Shown here: piece after piece, positions 26,672-38,805 of the stretch
Layout: each line of letters starts with the position of its first letter
Numbering within the stretch: the stretch's first letter is position 1
Origin: Podarcis liolepis
Lineage: Eukaryota
Assembly: GCA_965112155.1 (NCBI GenBank)
Contig: OZ218103.1
Length of the DNA: 64,000 bases
Strand: one strand, 5' to 3'
Program-made: the position numbers and the translations under genes
Notes under the pieces: model-generated
Told to the model about the DNA's origin: nothing
Databases searched by the model: none
What the model saw: the letters and a program-made list of their open reading frames with translations, nothing else

Positions 26672-26903
26672 TTATGCCAAGGAATAGATAGCATTAACTG
26701 GTGATGTGGCTTCTGAACTCTCATTGCCTTCTGTCTCGTCTTTGTCCTTCTTGACTGTGTACTGGCCAATAAAGGAGCCGTCCTCATTGAACTGCCCTTC
26801 GCCTCCTTCGCCATAGTCCACCAAGCTGTCGTCACTTTCTTGTTGCTTTATCGTGCCATCTAAAGAGGTCTGACTGCCCTGCAGCGGCTTGTTGTCTTCA
26901 TCA
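26672..26903 (-). CDS. NFASC: Neurofascin terminal coding exon (cytoplasmic tail)
   Basis: Acceptor ttttgatgctag. Translates (S)[76 protein letters not shown], with the FIGQY ankyrin-binding motif and the neurofascin-type C-terminus AIYSLA. Not listed in the ORF track. Confidence 0.99.
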
Positions 26904-27274
26904 CTAGCATCAAAAGGAAAAGAAGTGCCATCAGTAGTGGGAAGGAATGGCTTTAAAGGGACAGGATCACAGTAAACATATGAAACTGGTTTCGTCCAGG
27001 CGGTTGTACTTCAGAAGGCAAGCACAGTGCAGGAAGAGCTGGGAAACACGGCTCCAAGCAGCTTTTTGCAAATTACCGATGAAATATTTGCCAGTGCAAA
27101 GCTATTCAGGTGCAAAGGACAGTATTTTCCCAATAACCTAAATAAATCAGGAGGGAGTCTCTTCTTCAAAGGACTGTGATGGTGGAAGCCTGACCACAAC
27201 TACAAAGTGAATAAACCATGTAGGAACTCTGAGCTTTCCAGTTGTATTAAGCCACAGTCCCATCAAAATCTAGT

Positions 27275-27378
27275 TTCTTGTAGTAAACAAAGTTTTCTGG
27301 TACACTAAAAGCTTAACAAATTTGTTATGGCATAACCTTTCAAGGACTGTAGTCCACTTAAATAAGTTACATGAAGTG
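27275..27378 (-). mobile_element. Penelope-like element terminal-repeat fragment, decayed
   Basis: The minus strand reads AAGTGGACTACAGTCCTTGAAAGGTTATGCCATAACAAATTTGTTAAGC, homologous to 27898-27980 in the opposite orientation. Confidence 0.6.
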
Positions 27379-27897
27379 TTATCCTGATTGCAGGCATGCG
27401 TTGTATATAACACACACATGGTGGGGGGAGGAGACTGTGAACAGTAAGAGAAGGAAATGAAATGCAGAAAAGTACAGGTGGTGATAATTATGTATTTAAC
27501 AGTAATTATCACAAAATTATCCACCATTCACAAAGTATGATTGAGTTGGTAACACACCCATCCTGTCACCGATAAGCTAAATAACACATGTGTGATGAAA
27601 AATCCATTGTACCCATTTAATCCACAAATTATAGCACTGAACTCCTGATTTATTGTGATTCAGTGGTTTTTATGGTTAGTTATAGAATGTTCTAGGGTCC
27701 CAAGCACAATGGACTTTTAAGAATTACACTACATATTAATTGGCTTACCAATGACAGCATGGCAACTCAACTGGTTTCTGTGAGGCTGCTGTTAAGTAAA
27801 TAATATTTACGTCTGGGTTTTTTTCTGCATTTCATTTCCTTCTGATCTCACTGTTTATATCCCCGCCCCACTCCATGCGTATCTTAGATTAAGACTT

Positions 27898-27980
27898 TGT
27901 GCATCTGATGAAGTGGGCTGTATTCCATGAAACTTATGCTGTAATAAATATGTTAATGTTTAAGGTACCACAAATCTCTT
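27898..27980 (+). mobile_element. Penelope-like element terminal-repeat fragment with a degenerate minimal hammerhead motif
   Basis: GCATCTGATGAAGTGGGCTGTATTCCATGAAACTTATGCTGTAATAAATATGTTAATGTTTAAGGTACCACAA matches the characteristic reptile Penelope repeat. Confidence 0.75.
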
Positions 27981-29202
27981 CAAAGAGACTCTAGGTTGGC
28001 AAGAGTTGTGTTGAGGACCAGCCATTTAGAAGGCAGCTGAGTGGCTCTAATTCAATACAAATTGGGCGTAATATATTTAAGTGCCATTTTGGCTATTTTT
28101 AATTTACTCTTAACTATGCAGCTTTTGAAAATGATGCAGAGACACTTTTAAAAATGGCACTTCTACACTTAGCAGGGGAGTTCCATGCCCTTTTCGTAAG
28201 GGGAATTTCTGGCCTGCAAATATGCATATTTTATTACGTTACAGAAAGTCCCACAAATAGTACTAGTTTCTGCTTTTGCAGTCTTGTTGTTAGCCCCAAG
28301 ATGTTGGGGACTCAAGAACAAACTTCTGCAGAATTCATGAGGCTGGCTTAACAATACTGGAGCTTTAAAAAAAAAGGCCCAGATAACATCATAGAGAAAA
28401 CGGTCCTATCACTGGTTGCTAGCCATAATGAACCTTCTATGTTTAGAGGCAGAACCTCTCTACCCAATGCAGAAAAAGAATCAGGGGACATTTATCTCCA
28501 TTATGGCCTACTTGCATGCTTGCCAGGGAGGTGTGTGGCTAGTCAGTGTTAAACAAAATATTGTGCTGGAGCCGTTGGGACATTCTAAAAGAGATGTTTG
28601 TATACCCACATGTGCAGGAATTCATGTATTGGGCTCTGCCAAGAACAAAAGATTTAACTGCCAGGAACAGGAGACTCTGCAGATCAATGGGGGACTGTTT
28701 TAGGGATCTGACATCTTCATCATCTGCCAACCTGAGTCCATCTGTACCTCCCTCTGCCCCTTCCCCTTGAAGGGAAGAGTCTGGACTCTGGATCATGTCA
28801 TCAAATGCCATAGAAGAGACAGCTATGTATATCCCCATATATACCTATTGTAACTGTACCATCATGTGCATTTCAACTGTAAATTGTTTTGGGAGCCAAT
28901 CCTGACTCAAAAGAAGGGTGTATAATAAAAAAATAAATACCCAATTCATTGTCATATCTATGAGGCTCAACTTTTTATCCTAACACAAAGAAAGATCATT
29001 TAAGGTTTTGTGTTGCAGTTTTGTTTTGCCATAAGAATCATCTGGTTTTGCCATAAGAATTATCTGGTTAGACAAAACATGTAGCCCACCATTCTGCCAG
29101 ACAGTGGCTACAACAAGCATAAATAACAGAACAAGTGGTGTCATCATTCCTCCTGATCTTGCAAAACTGTCTAACAGAAGGTAGCCTGTGATAGCTCTCT
29201 AG

Positions 29203-29257
29203 GGCAGGCATAGGCAAACTTGGCCCTCCAGATGTTTTGGGACTACAACTCCCATCA
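29203..29257 (+). mobile_element. Half copy of a hAT-like MITE
   Basis: GCAGGCATAGGCAAACTTGGCCCTCCAGATGTTTTGGGACTACAACTCCCATCA, with the second arm missing. Confidence 0.7.
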
Positions 29258-30400
29258 GTATAAGGCAATATAAGGAGGCAAAAAACAAGAATGAGAGACC
29301 CAGGGCTCTTCATCTAAAATCTTCATTTTTCAAACCAAAAGAGTATGCAGATAAAATATATCCTGCACCATAATGTCCCCTTTGAGTTGCCCTCCCCCAC
29401 GCCCACCCCATTCCCAATATACCAGGCCAATGAAGTTTCTAAGATATCCCCGGCTGGTTTTGACCTTCTAAAGGCTACAGTCCAGAGAACTATACAGATA
29501 ATTCTGTGGGCCCAGTGGGGCTTTTGAGTTCCTTCCTCGCTCCCCTCTCTTTAAAGAGCACTCCCTCACACAACAAGCCAAGTGGCTTCGCAGAGGGCTG
29601 CTGCTGAAAGGCAAAATGTCAAAAAATTCTCTTGCACCTTATTTAACCTAGCTCTCTGGATTGTAGGCCAAAGAAGACTGTTAACTTGGTTGTCTTGTTA
29701 GTGTGTTAGGTATATACAACTTTTAACACACAAACAACAGTTTACTTATTTTGTTAAATGGAAATATTGCAGCTTATTTAAAGTATTAAGGGAAGCCTGA
29801 CTCAGCCTGGTTCAGGAGCATCGTGGTCAAGAGTTGCATATGTCAGAATGAATATTTTCTGTGTATAAGATTTCTAGGGAATCTTCACTCTGAACTAATG
29901 CAAGGCCTCTGGTAGCTGCTGACTTTTTCTTCACCATGTTTCCGTTGTTTTACTGCCTAGCATGTGAAATCAGGCATTATCTTGCTTTTCAAACCTCAGA
30001 GGCACATAATACAAGTAGCTTACCTGAGTATATGGGGGCTACTCAAATCTGCAGCCCAGAAGACCCCTTTTCTTGTGACTAATCTCCCTTTGAGTGCTGA
30101 ACTAACCAATGGCTGTCATTGCCACAGCTGAATTAGTCACAGAAAAAGGAATGAAGCTGAGGCCACCCTAACTCAATTGGTTGTGCGTCAGCTCCAAATA
30201 CGCAGGCAGAATGCAACTCATTGGACACACGGTGCCCGAAATTTCAAGGGAAGGAATAGTAAGTGAAACTTTAATGGTGTTAGATGAAGGTTGGTGGTGG
30301 AGAGGCAGGGAAAGGTGGTAGAGAATAAGGTGTGTTTCAGTGATGGAACTGCTGAAAGAAAAAGCTGTGTGCCAGACTTTGGGGCAGTCCACAGTCCTAC

Positions 30401-30412
30401 CTTTCAAGAGAC
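30401..30412 (-). CDS. NFASC: Neurofascin 12-nt RSLE microexon (alternative)
   Basis: Minus strand ...ccatgaag|GTCTCTTGAAAG|gtagga. Phase 2-2; inclusion turns DY-S into DY-RSLE-S, the L1-family RSLE insert. A long pyrimidine tract lies upstream. Confidence 0.93.
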
Positions 30413-33400
30413 CTTCATGGTCCATGTAGAAAGACAAGGTGAAAAGGAGAAGAAAGAATGGGAATAAAACAGAGAGAGAAGCAGAAAGAGCCTGATCAGA
30501 GAGCAACATGATGAAGTATGCATTTCAGGGGGAAGTGCTGGGAAGAAAAATCCACCTATCCCCCCCACCCCCCAAAGGAGCTAGCCACTTTATTGTTTTG
30601 CATACGAAATAAATTAAAAATAAATAAATAAACCTGTTGTGCATCCACACCAAAATATGTATCTAATGGATTCCAAAAGCAAGTAATTTGCAAATAAATG
30701 AGATGTGCCCTCAAATCTGAGGCAGGGAGGGAGGGAGCACTAGTAGGGCAGAAGATACAACCCCACATGGCTTCATTAAATGTGGTCCTGAAAGGCAGCT
30801 GAGCAGCCACTAGCCTGTGGTCTGTCATGCTGTTCCAATGACGTAATGTGTTACAAGCCCCTCTCAGAAAAGGCTGCCTTCAGGAAAGAAAGGAGCATGG
30901 TATTCGCTTGACCTTGGTGGGAATCAGGCAGCTCTGCATATGAAGGGAGGGGGTGCTTCTAAGTTACATTTCCACTGTGCGGCGATTGTACCGGATGAGC
31001 AGATGGCAAGTGTCTTTTGGGAGGCAGGTATATATTGTGGTTTCCAAATGAGTGGACTGGAGGGGAAGGCACTCTTATTCCATATATTACAAAGGACACA
31101 CAAGAGATTTGCCTATGCGTAGTGGTGGGGGTGGGGAGTGAGTGAAACAGGAAAGAAACGCATTATGAAATGCATCTGCTCCTTTCTTGGTGGCTGTGTT
31201 CAATGACCTCTGGGGCCCTGGAAGAATACGGAATTGATTAAGGCTCTATCAAGATAGGAATTCTGACTGTCATGTAGTAGACACTGCCGATGTCAGAAAA
31301 CTGGCCTAATATAGACCCACTTCCAAGTATCATGAAATTGCTATCTGGGTTCACATGAACCCACTTGCCAGCAGTCTGGGCTGTATGCAAGTGCTCCTAG
31401 TTTTTAACAGGCATTTGCCAATTCCTTGTACTCGCTATTGCTATATTTTACACAGGGACCTTTAGCTGGGGATGCGTTGAAATCACCACTGCAACTGCAA
31501 ATGTAACGTTAGTAGAAAGCCCAGTAACGTTACCTGAAAATATATGGGGAGCAGGAAGGAGCAGCTTGGATGGGACCAGCAGGTCTGAAGTTTTAAAATT
31601 CTAGTTCTGATTTGCTTCTCTCTCTCTCTCAACCAAATCAGTTGGCCTAGTAAGGCATGGTTACTGGAACAGAATGCTATTTAAGGACATGGGCTTCCAA
31701 ACTTCTTAGCTTACAAGGAGACCATTATTCTGGCAGCAAAGTAGAAAGAAGTGACAGTACCTCTTTAATTACAGTCTGCAGTGATTGGAATGCAGTGTGC
31801 ACAGGGCACTAAGGATGTGAAGGGCATGATGAAAGCATATTAGACATGCTTCTATGAAGGTAGGAAGAGAACCAATAAAGAAAGCATGTCAGCACATATC
31901 CTGTCCACCTTTCAAGCGCTAATAGTAACTTTTCCCCCGGACTGCTCGATTCCTTGTGAATTTTAAGCAGCTAACCACTTTGCTTCTGACTCCTTATGGG
32001 ATGTGTCACTTTTCTAACACCCTGCATTAACACTCTGGTTAATTGTAAAAAGAAGAAGAAGAAACCTGTGATTTTTATCTAGGGGGGATGGGGACGACAG
32101 TTGTTAAAGCATTGTGCCTTCAAAAGTGCCCAGCTTGCACATCATGAGTAATCACAGTTAATGGTTCACTGTGAATGCAAATATCACTCCTCTCCTCTAG
32201 ACGAGGGATGGGATATTGGATCCAGACTGCAGGCCGGCTCTTTATCTTCCCCACTCCCCATGGGCAAGGTTTAACAGGTAGATGAGGTCATGCAGTGCGT
32301 GCTGCATAGAAGCCTCTACCGTCAGCTGATGGAACTTCAAAGTACCATACATGACTCTCTGTAAGCACTAACGACCAGCTGATTGTAAGGGCTTCAAAGT
32401 GTCACACACAGCGTCACAAATGTTGGGGCTTATTATGAGCCTCACTAGGCACTATGCACAGGGTTTTTCAGGTCTTGCTGACTGGAAGTGTCGACAAAGC
32501 TGTTTTTGGCCCAGCAATGTCTTTACCTGCTCCACACCTGGTGCCATTTATGACTTCTGGTGAAGGGCAGCGAGGTATGGCTTGGTCAAAACAACCTTGC
32601 AGGTAAAATGAGGTTTCCCACCGCTGCTCTTGACAGCGGGAGCAACAAGCGACGATCTCTGTCTCAGCATTATGCCTGACTGGGAACTGTAGTTTGCTAT
32701 GCTGAAACAAAACATGGTTGGTAAGACAAATCTTGGCTCAACACCCTGTTTGGAAACAAACCACAATCCCTACTTCAGACATAACCTTAATACCTGGGTA
32801 TTAAGGTTTGTTACGCCTGCTGGCTACAAGGGACGAGTGAAACGGAAGCCTTCTGTGCATTTGATGGTTTAATGGATTACTGTGATGTGCAAATTCTGCC
32901 AATGTGTGTGCATGAGGAGCTTAATATCAAAGCTATGGCATGTAACACAGTGACTGCTTCTGCAAAATGAGCATTCAGTTATAAAATCTAAGTTTTTGAT
33001 GGGTTACTTCATTCATTCGTACTGTGCTGTTTTCTCCTGTCGCCATATTATAATAGTAATTGTCTCTTTATTTTCAATTTGTGCGTTAAGAAATTTTCTT
33101 TCAGATTTATGCAGAATTCCAGACTAAACTTTTATTCTCACAATGGTTTTCTTGGACAAGAATTGGTGATGCTCAAATTCTCCTGATATGCTTCATCAAC
33201 ACACATTCATTTATTCAATAAAGTAAGTAATGCCTGATAGGACAGTCAATTAACTAGTGTTAATCATAGTTTTTCTTCTAGGTTCATTAGCTTGGAGAGT
33301 TCATAATCATCAATATGGTTTGGAATAATAAACTCACTAAGAGAACTTTAGAATAGAGGGCATGGGTTGGAAACCAACCCACTATTTACATGAACAAGAC

Positions 33401-33706
33401 AGTGCTTAAAGTTTCATGGGGTGACAAATTGGAGTGTATCCTCTAAATGTCTAGTTATGTTTGCAAATGATCAGCCTTCAAATAATCCCTTCATTTTAGA
33501 TTTGCTTATATGGTTTTATGCTGCAAGATGTATGCATGGTACTTCTTTCAAAGTTCTGCAAGGAACCGTTCAAGCAGCTTGTTATTCATGACACCAGTTC
33601 TTGCTCTTCATCATTTCAAATCAAGCACTTTTGTATTTCTTTCAAATAATTCTGGAAACTCTGGAGGATTTCGTGGGAGCTCAGTTCAAAATTAACTATA
33701 TCTGAG

Positions 33707-33962
33707 CAGAGGGTCTTACCATTAGGGAGGGTGAACCAGCCACCTCAGGCAGTAAATTTGGGGTGTCATGAAAGGGCAACAAAGTGTTCATTATTTAGTT
33801 TGTTATTATTGTATCTTTACTGCCAGGAAGCAGGGAGAATTGCTTGTGGGGTTTTTAGGTGCCAAAATAACTTGGCTGGCCTCACGAACTATACACCTTG
33901 ACTTGATGGTGGTACACCATTTGCTGTTCCGCCTCAGGCAGCAAAAGGTGTTGGGCTGGCTG
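33707..33962. mobile_element. Decayed DNA-transposon-like repeat; related copy in opposite orientation at ~10845-11035
   Basis: Repeated subterminal (G)CCTCAGGCAG motifs, seen as CTGCCTGAGG in the other copy. Confidence 0.45.
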
Positions 33963-35033
33963 AATCTGAGTGAATCATCCTGTTTGCTTAAAAGCACTAA
34001 GCAAGCAGAGATGTACAAAGAGCACGTTTGCTCTAAGTCACATAGATTAACAAAATGCTAGCAGTGTTACCTGTTTCAGTGCCTTGGAAGCAAGGGGGAA
34101 ACAAATGTAAAACTTGAACGCAGGACCCATCTGTGAACAGCCAAAGAAAACACCTTGCTTTGGGAAGCTGAGATAAAAAGTGGCTGATGTCCTTAAAAGG
34201 TTGCCTTTGAGTTTCATAGAGGGGTGATTGTAGTGGCACATGGCCCCCACTACAACAGTCAAGAGAGGTGGGTTTGCTAGGTTATATAGAGACGATCAAC
34301 AACATGAGATTGTCTGAGATCCTATAGAAAAGGATGGAATATGGAGCCCATAACAGGCTTTTGGAGAAAATGTGTTTATTTTTCTCTAGATACAATCTGA
34401 GCAAGGTTGGGTTAACCTGTTTCTGGGCAGTGAATGCACAAGCGTGAGGAGGGTAAGTTGATGAAAAACCCTGAAGATGCCTCTCTGAATAATCTGGTGT
34501 GTGAGAGAGACCAAACACATTGCTTCCATCTCTCCCATAGCATCTAGCTTTCTATCTGCTGTGGTGATGCTAATGAGCATTCTATTATCTTTCTTGATCC
34601 ATCATGTAGTGCAAATTTCCTGGGACTGTACCATTTCAGACTACACATGAAGCACTGCACATCTGAATGCCCATGTCCCCACTATCTGCACATACAATAC
34701 TAGCACAAACATAAGCTAGGATCTCTATTCCTCATGTGCTAAGTTTCCCGAGAAATTTTGATGTGAGTAAAAAAACATCTTTTATCTGCAGCCTGAAATG
34801 GTACAGATATAGGAATAGTATACCATGCAAGTTATCTGCATGTGGAGATCAACACCTTTTTCTTTTGCAGAAATCTTTGAGACATAATGGGAGAACAAAG
34901 GGTGGTAGAAAATGCACATTTATGGGAATGTGATATCTTGATGACTATTGAACCGACAAAGTTGCTCTTTGTAATAGGTGGGGTAGAGGGAAGAAAACAA
35001 ATGCGTGTCACACATGCCAAGCAGGAAACATAC

Positions 35034-35103
35034 CTGTAATCAAATGACCCATTATCTACCTTCTGGTCATCAGGGTCCAGGGGTACATCTTTATTTTCTC
35101 GCA
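35034..35103 (-). CDS. NFASC: Neurofascin first cytoplasmic exon (70 nt)
   Basis: cag|TG CGA GAA...GAT TAC AG|gtatgt. Encodes (V)RENKDVPLDPDDQKVDNGSFDY; phase 1-2 fits both neighbours. Confidence 0.98.
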
Positions 35104-36519
35104 CTGTGAATACATATGCAAATAAAAAGAAGAAGCAGACATCTTACTTTCATGTATTCAAGGCTGCAGTCCTAAACACACTTACGGGACATGCTTCTGA
35201 CTTGAGTGGGGACGGGTGAGGAATCCACCAAACTCCGATTCCAAAGCAGACTCTCACATTTTGATCTGGGCAAATCATGATTTCAGAATGAGGGCTGTGG
35301 GCCTGCTTCTGCTCTTTTGAAAGTGTTTCCTGATCTTTAAACTTGTAAAAATGGTTAATCCAGCCACCCTTGGCCCGAGCAGCTAGTGCTTTGAATGCAA
35401 TAGAATGCAAGTCCCTCTGGGAGTGATGGGATTTGATGAAGCTCCATCATTCTCATGAAGAAATGTATGGGAAAAAACACTGCTGCCCCCAGAATTCACA
35501 TGGACCCTTCACCTCTCTCAAACATTTTTTTTAATACCTTGCTGTTTGTGCATGGATATTTCATGTTTTTCTTTTTAAAAATATACACTGAAATGGGATA
35601 GGTTCAGATGCAGAACTGGTTCAGATGTTCATGTGTGCATCCATGCCTAGGTCTGAGAAAACCTGTTTAGGATTGTGCTGCTAGCCTCCCAGCCTCTGAC
35701 GTCTTGTAGGTGGTCAGGAATTTAGACTGAAAATGGATGAGAAGGATCTGAAGAAATAACTGACATTGAGGTGGTTTTGCTGTTGGCAAATGTTATGTGC
35801 AAAGTCATTTTTGATCACTTCCATGCTTTTAATCTCCAAAATATAATACACATAAATCCCAGGCTGAGCAAGATTCTGATTCAAGTTCTCTTTCAAATCT
35901 TGTCTCCTGCCATTGAAGTAATCATTATTATTTCCTGCATCACAAATGCCTGGCTCAAAACTGTCACGCTAGTTGCATGCTGAACAGAGCGCAACAAATA
36001 AATTGATGTTGCTATATTGTGAATAGTAAGGGGAGCATTTCCTGTGCATATGGTGTTTAGAATTGTTGGGAAATTGTCCCATGAGCTTAAAGCAAGACAA
36101 AATACAAGCTGATGTGCCTTATTTTTAGAACTGCTGCTCTAGTATTATTTGGATGCAGTCCTGAAAAAGCCGACATTTGCCGACTACTATATGCAGTGTG
36201 ATATCCGGTAAATAATAAAACAGAAGAAAATAGTAGTAAAAGATTATGGCTTGGAAGTGTTTCCTAAACCACAGCTATTGTAACGTACAAAGAATATTTC
36301 TTGGACTCTTAATATGACCATACTCATCTTAACTGCATACCCTTGGGGCTAACTGAATACTCTTAACTGTGTTTTATAGAGATATTTAGCACTCTGCTAT
36401 CTTACTTTGAAACAAGGATCTCTAGACAGACCAAGTCATTTTGCAACAAGTGTGCATGTGTGTATGTGCACACGCGCGCACACACACACAAATTCTGGTT
36501 TGCCCTTAATTGACTAGAA

Positions 36520-36845
36520 TGTGGGATTGCTCCCTAAATACAGTGGCCAGATACACCAGACAACTTGGATTACAAGCCAACATGGCAAGCTTTTCAGTGC
36601 CATATGAGAACCTTCTTATTTATGCCAAGGCATTTTGGATTGTGTGGATGGCTTTTGGAACTGTATTCTATTCTTGCTTTTAGCTTCTTGAGTTTTTGTT
36701 CTCTCATCTGCGTCTTATCAAACTTATTTGTTGGTTTTAAATTGTATTTATACGTTGTGTGAATGAATTCTATTCACACTTTCGTACAGCACCTTGGAAT
36801 CTTTTTGAGGAACAGTGGTTAAGACATCTTTGAAATAAATTAAAA
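36520..36845 (+). mobile_element. Old L2-like LINE 3' remnant
   Basis: Decayed ORF2-end-like segment (AFQCHMRTFLF), a T-rich 3' UTR, and a GTACAGCACCTTGG...AATAAATTAAA tail. Confidence 0.4.
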
Positions 36846-37816
36846 GCAACCAGTTTACTTCATCCCAATATCACATAGACCCTTTCTACTGGTGAATGTA
36901 TTCTTAAATTACCACACTTCCTTTATGCTTAAAGAGACCCGTGAAAAAGTAAATAATTTTTGCAAGGGACAGTGGGACAAGTGAAAGAAACACAAGTATA
37001 TCTATTACCTGAAAAATGTGAGTACATTTCAAATACCTCTTCCAGCAAATAAAAAAAGGGGGGAAGGGATTTATATCCTATTATGTGATTGCCTCTCACC
37101 TCCAGAGACAGCATAGTCAAAATCTGTATGGTACTTCTCCCCCCCCCCCCCCCGCCTATGGTTAATAGTTCAGGTGGGATGGGGGTCAGGGGTCAGTGCA
37201 ATTGTGATATAGAAAACCGTGCAGGAAGAAAAGATTAAGAACTCCCTGTCCAATGCAGCTCCCTAATAAAAAACCCTCTTGCATATCTGCCCATAAATAA
37301 TATGGTTTTTCTCTTTCTTTTAAGGAAACTGGTCACGGATGCCCCATGTTATGTCTCTTTTGGACCTTGCCATAATAAACAAACACTATGCCATGTATTT
37401 TAGGTAGGGCATTATTTCCTTTTGGACTAAGGAAACAGATAATTGTTTCTGTTGTTTCTGTTGTCATTCTTGTCACGCACTGCAGCTGGATGTTAGAAGC
37501 CGCCTGCCACAATCCTTATGTGTACTTAAGGGTCTAGCACAAACCCTTCTTGCACACAAGACCTTACCAGATCTTGGGAGAGAACACAGTGGTCATCGCA
37601 CAACCATAGTATGCAGTCCAAGCAGGTTCTGGAGAAAGTCCTTTTGCAAATACAGAAGACACTTATTGTAGTGAGGTCAAATCCCAACAAAAGTCATGGG
37701 ATGATGCTTCACCTCCTACATAGCTGGAAGTCCTTTTGGGTTGCCTTTAATTCTTTTCAGTGCCACAGCTGCTAAAAAATGGTAGGACTAAATCCTTCGA
37801 GTGGGAAGTCTATGAT

Positions 37817-37949
37817 CAGTACTGTTTTTCTAGAAAAAGAGGTGCTAGAACTCACCATGAACATCTCCCTTGTTCTGTTATAATGGCAATGGCACCACGT
37901 GAGAGATGCAGAACTGAGTTCCAATGAGTTCCGGCAGAAAAAAGCACTG
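37817..37949. mobile_element. Short DNA-transposon (hAT-like) MITE
   Basis: Ends CAGTACTGTTTTTCT ... AGAAAAAAGCACTG are inverted; internal GAACTC/GAGTTC motifs. Confidence 0.6.
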
Positions 37950-38041
37950 GATGATTAAGATCAGACCATCTATCTAGATTTGGGAATGAATACTTCAAAC
38001 CCAACAACAATGCTACACTAGTTGATAGCTATTTCTCTTAC

Positions 38042-38173
38042 CTGGATATTTCCCTCCTCTGCTTCTCTTAATGAAGCAAACTATCAGCAAAATCAGGACC
38101 AGGAGAGCGATGGCACACATCAGTCCAATAAACCAGCCCTGAGTTGCAATGTCCCCTTGGTTCTTGTTATAGG
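38042..38173 (-). CDS. NFASC: Neurofascin transmembrane exon (132 nt)
   Basis: tag|CC TAT AAC...TAT CCA G|gtaaga. Encodes (A)[43 protein letters not shown]; phase 1-1. Confidence 0.99.
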
Positions 38174-38550
38174 CTAGTAGGAGAAGTTGAAAGAAAAAAA
38201 CGTTAAGAAGAAATACAATTGATCCACATAGTGCTGAAAAATGAAAATAGCAAGCAAAAGCTATTAGATGCTTCCTGTCCCACCCATTCCCAAGCTTCAC
38301 ATTTGAGGACTGGTGTCTCTCAATGCCGGTCTTCCCAAATTGGCCTGGTTTGGTTGCCACATGAAACCACAGTTAAAATAGAATTATGGTTAATGTAAAA
38401 GAGCAGTATGCTAGTACATGCTGCTCTAAAGTGCCTGTTGTGACTGGGGAGGAAGCAAATCAAAGGGTGGTTTTGTATATTATATGCGAACCAGCAGTTG
38501 TGATTTGTTTCTCTCCAAACCAAGTATGGAAGCTAAGGTTTGTTCTTTGC

Positions 38551-38552
<2 letters not shown>

Positions 38553-38592
<40 letters not shown>

Positions 38593-38805
38593 TTTATATC
38601 CCGCCCATCTGGTTGGGTTTCCCCAGCCACTCTGGGCGGCTCCCAACAGAGGACTAAAAACAGAATAAAACTAAAAACTTCCCTAAACAGGGCTGCCTTC
38701 AGATGTTTTCTAAAAGTCAGGTAGTTGTTTATTTCCTTGACCTCTGATGGGAGGGCGTTCCACAGGGAGGGCGCCACTACCAAGAAGGCCCCCTGCCTGG
38801 TTCTG
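38553..38805 (-). mobile_element. 5'-truncated, relatively young L2-clade LINE 3' end with an (ATT)n tail
   Basis: The minus-strand peptide RTRQGAFLVVAPSLWNALPSEVKEINNYLTFRKHLKAALFREVF matches the L2 ORF2 C-terminal pattern (AF...AP.LWN.LP...F...LK..LF). It is followed by a 3' UTR and (ATT)13. Confidence 0.85.
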
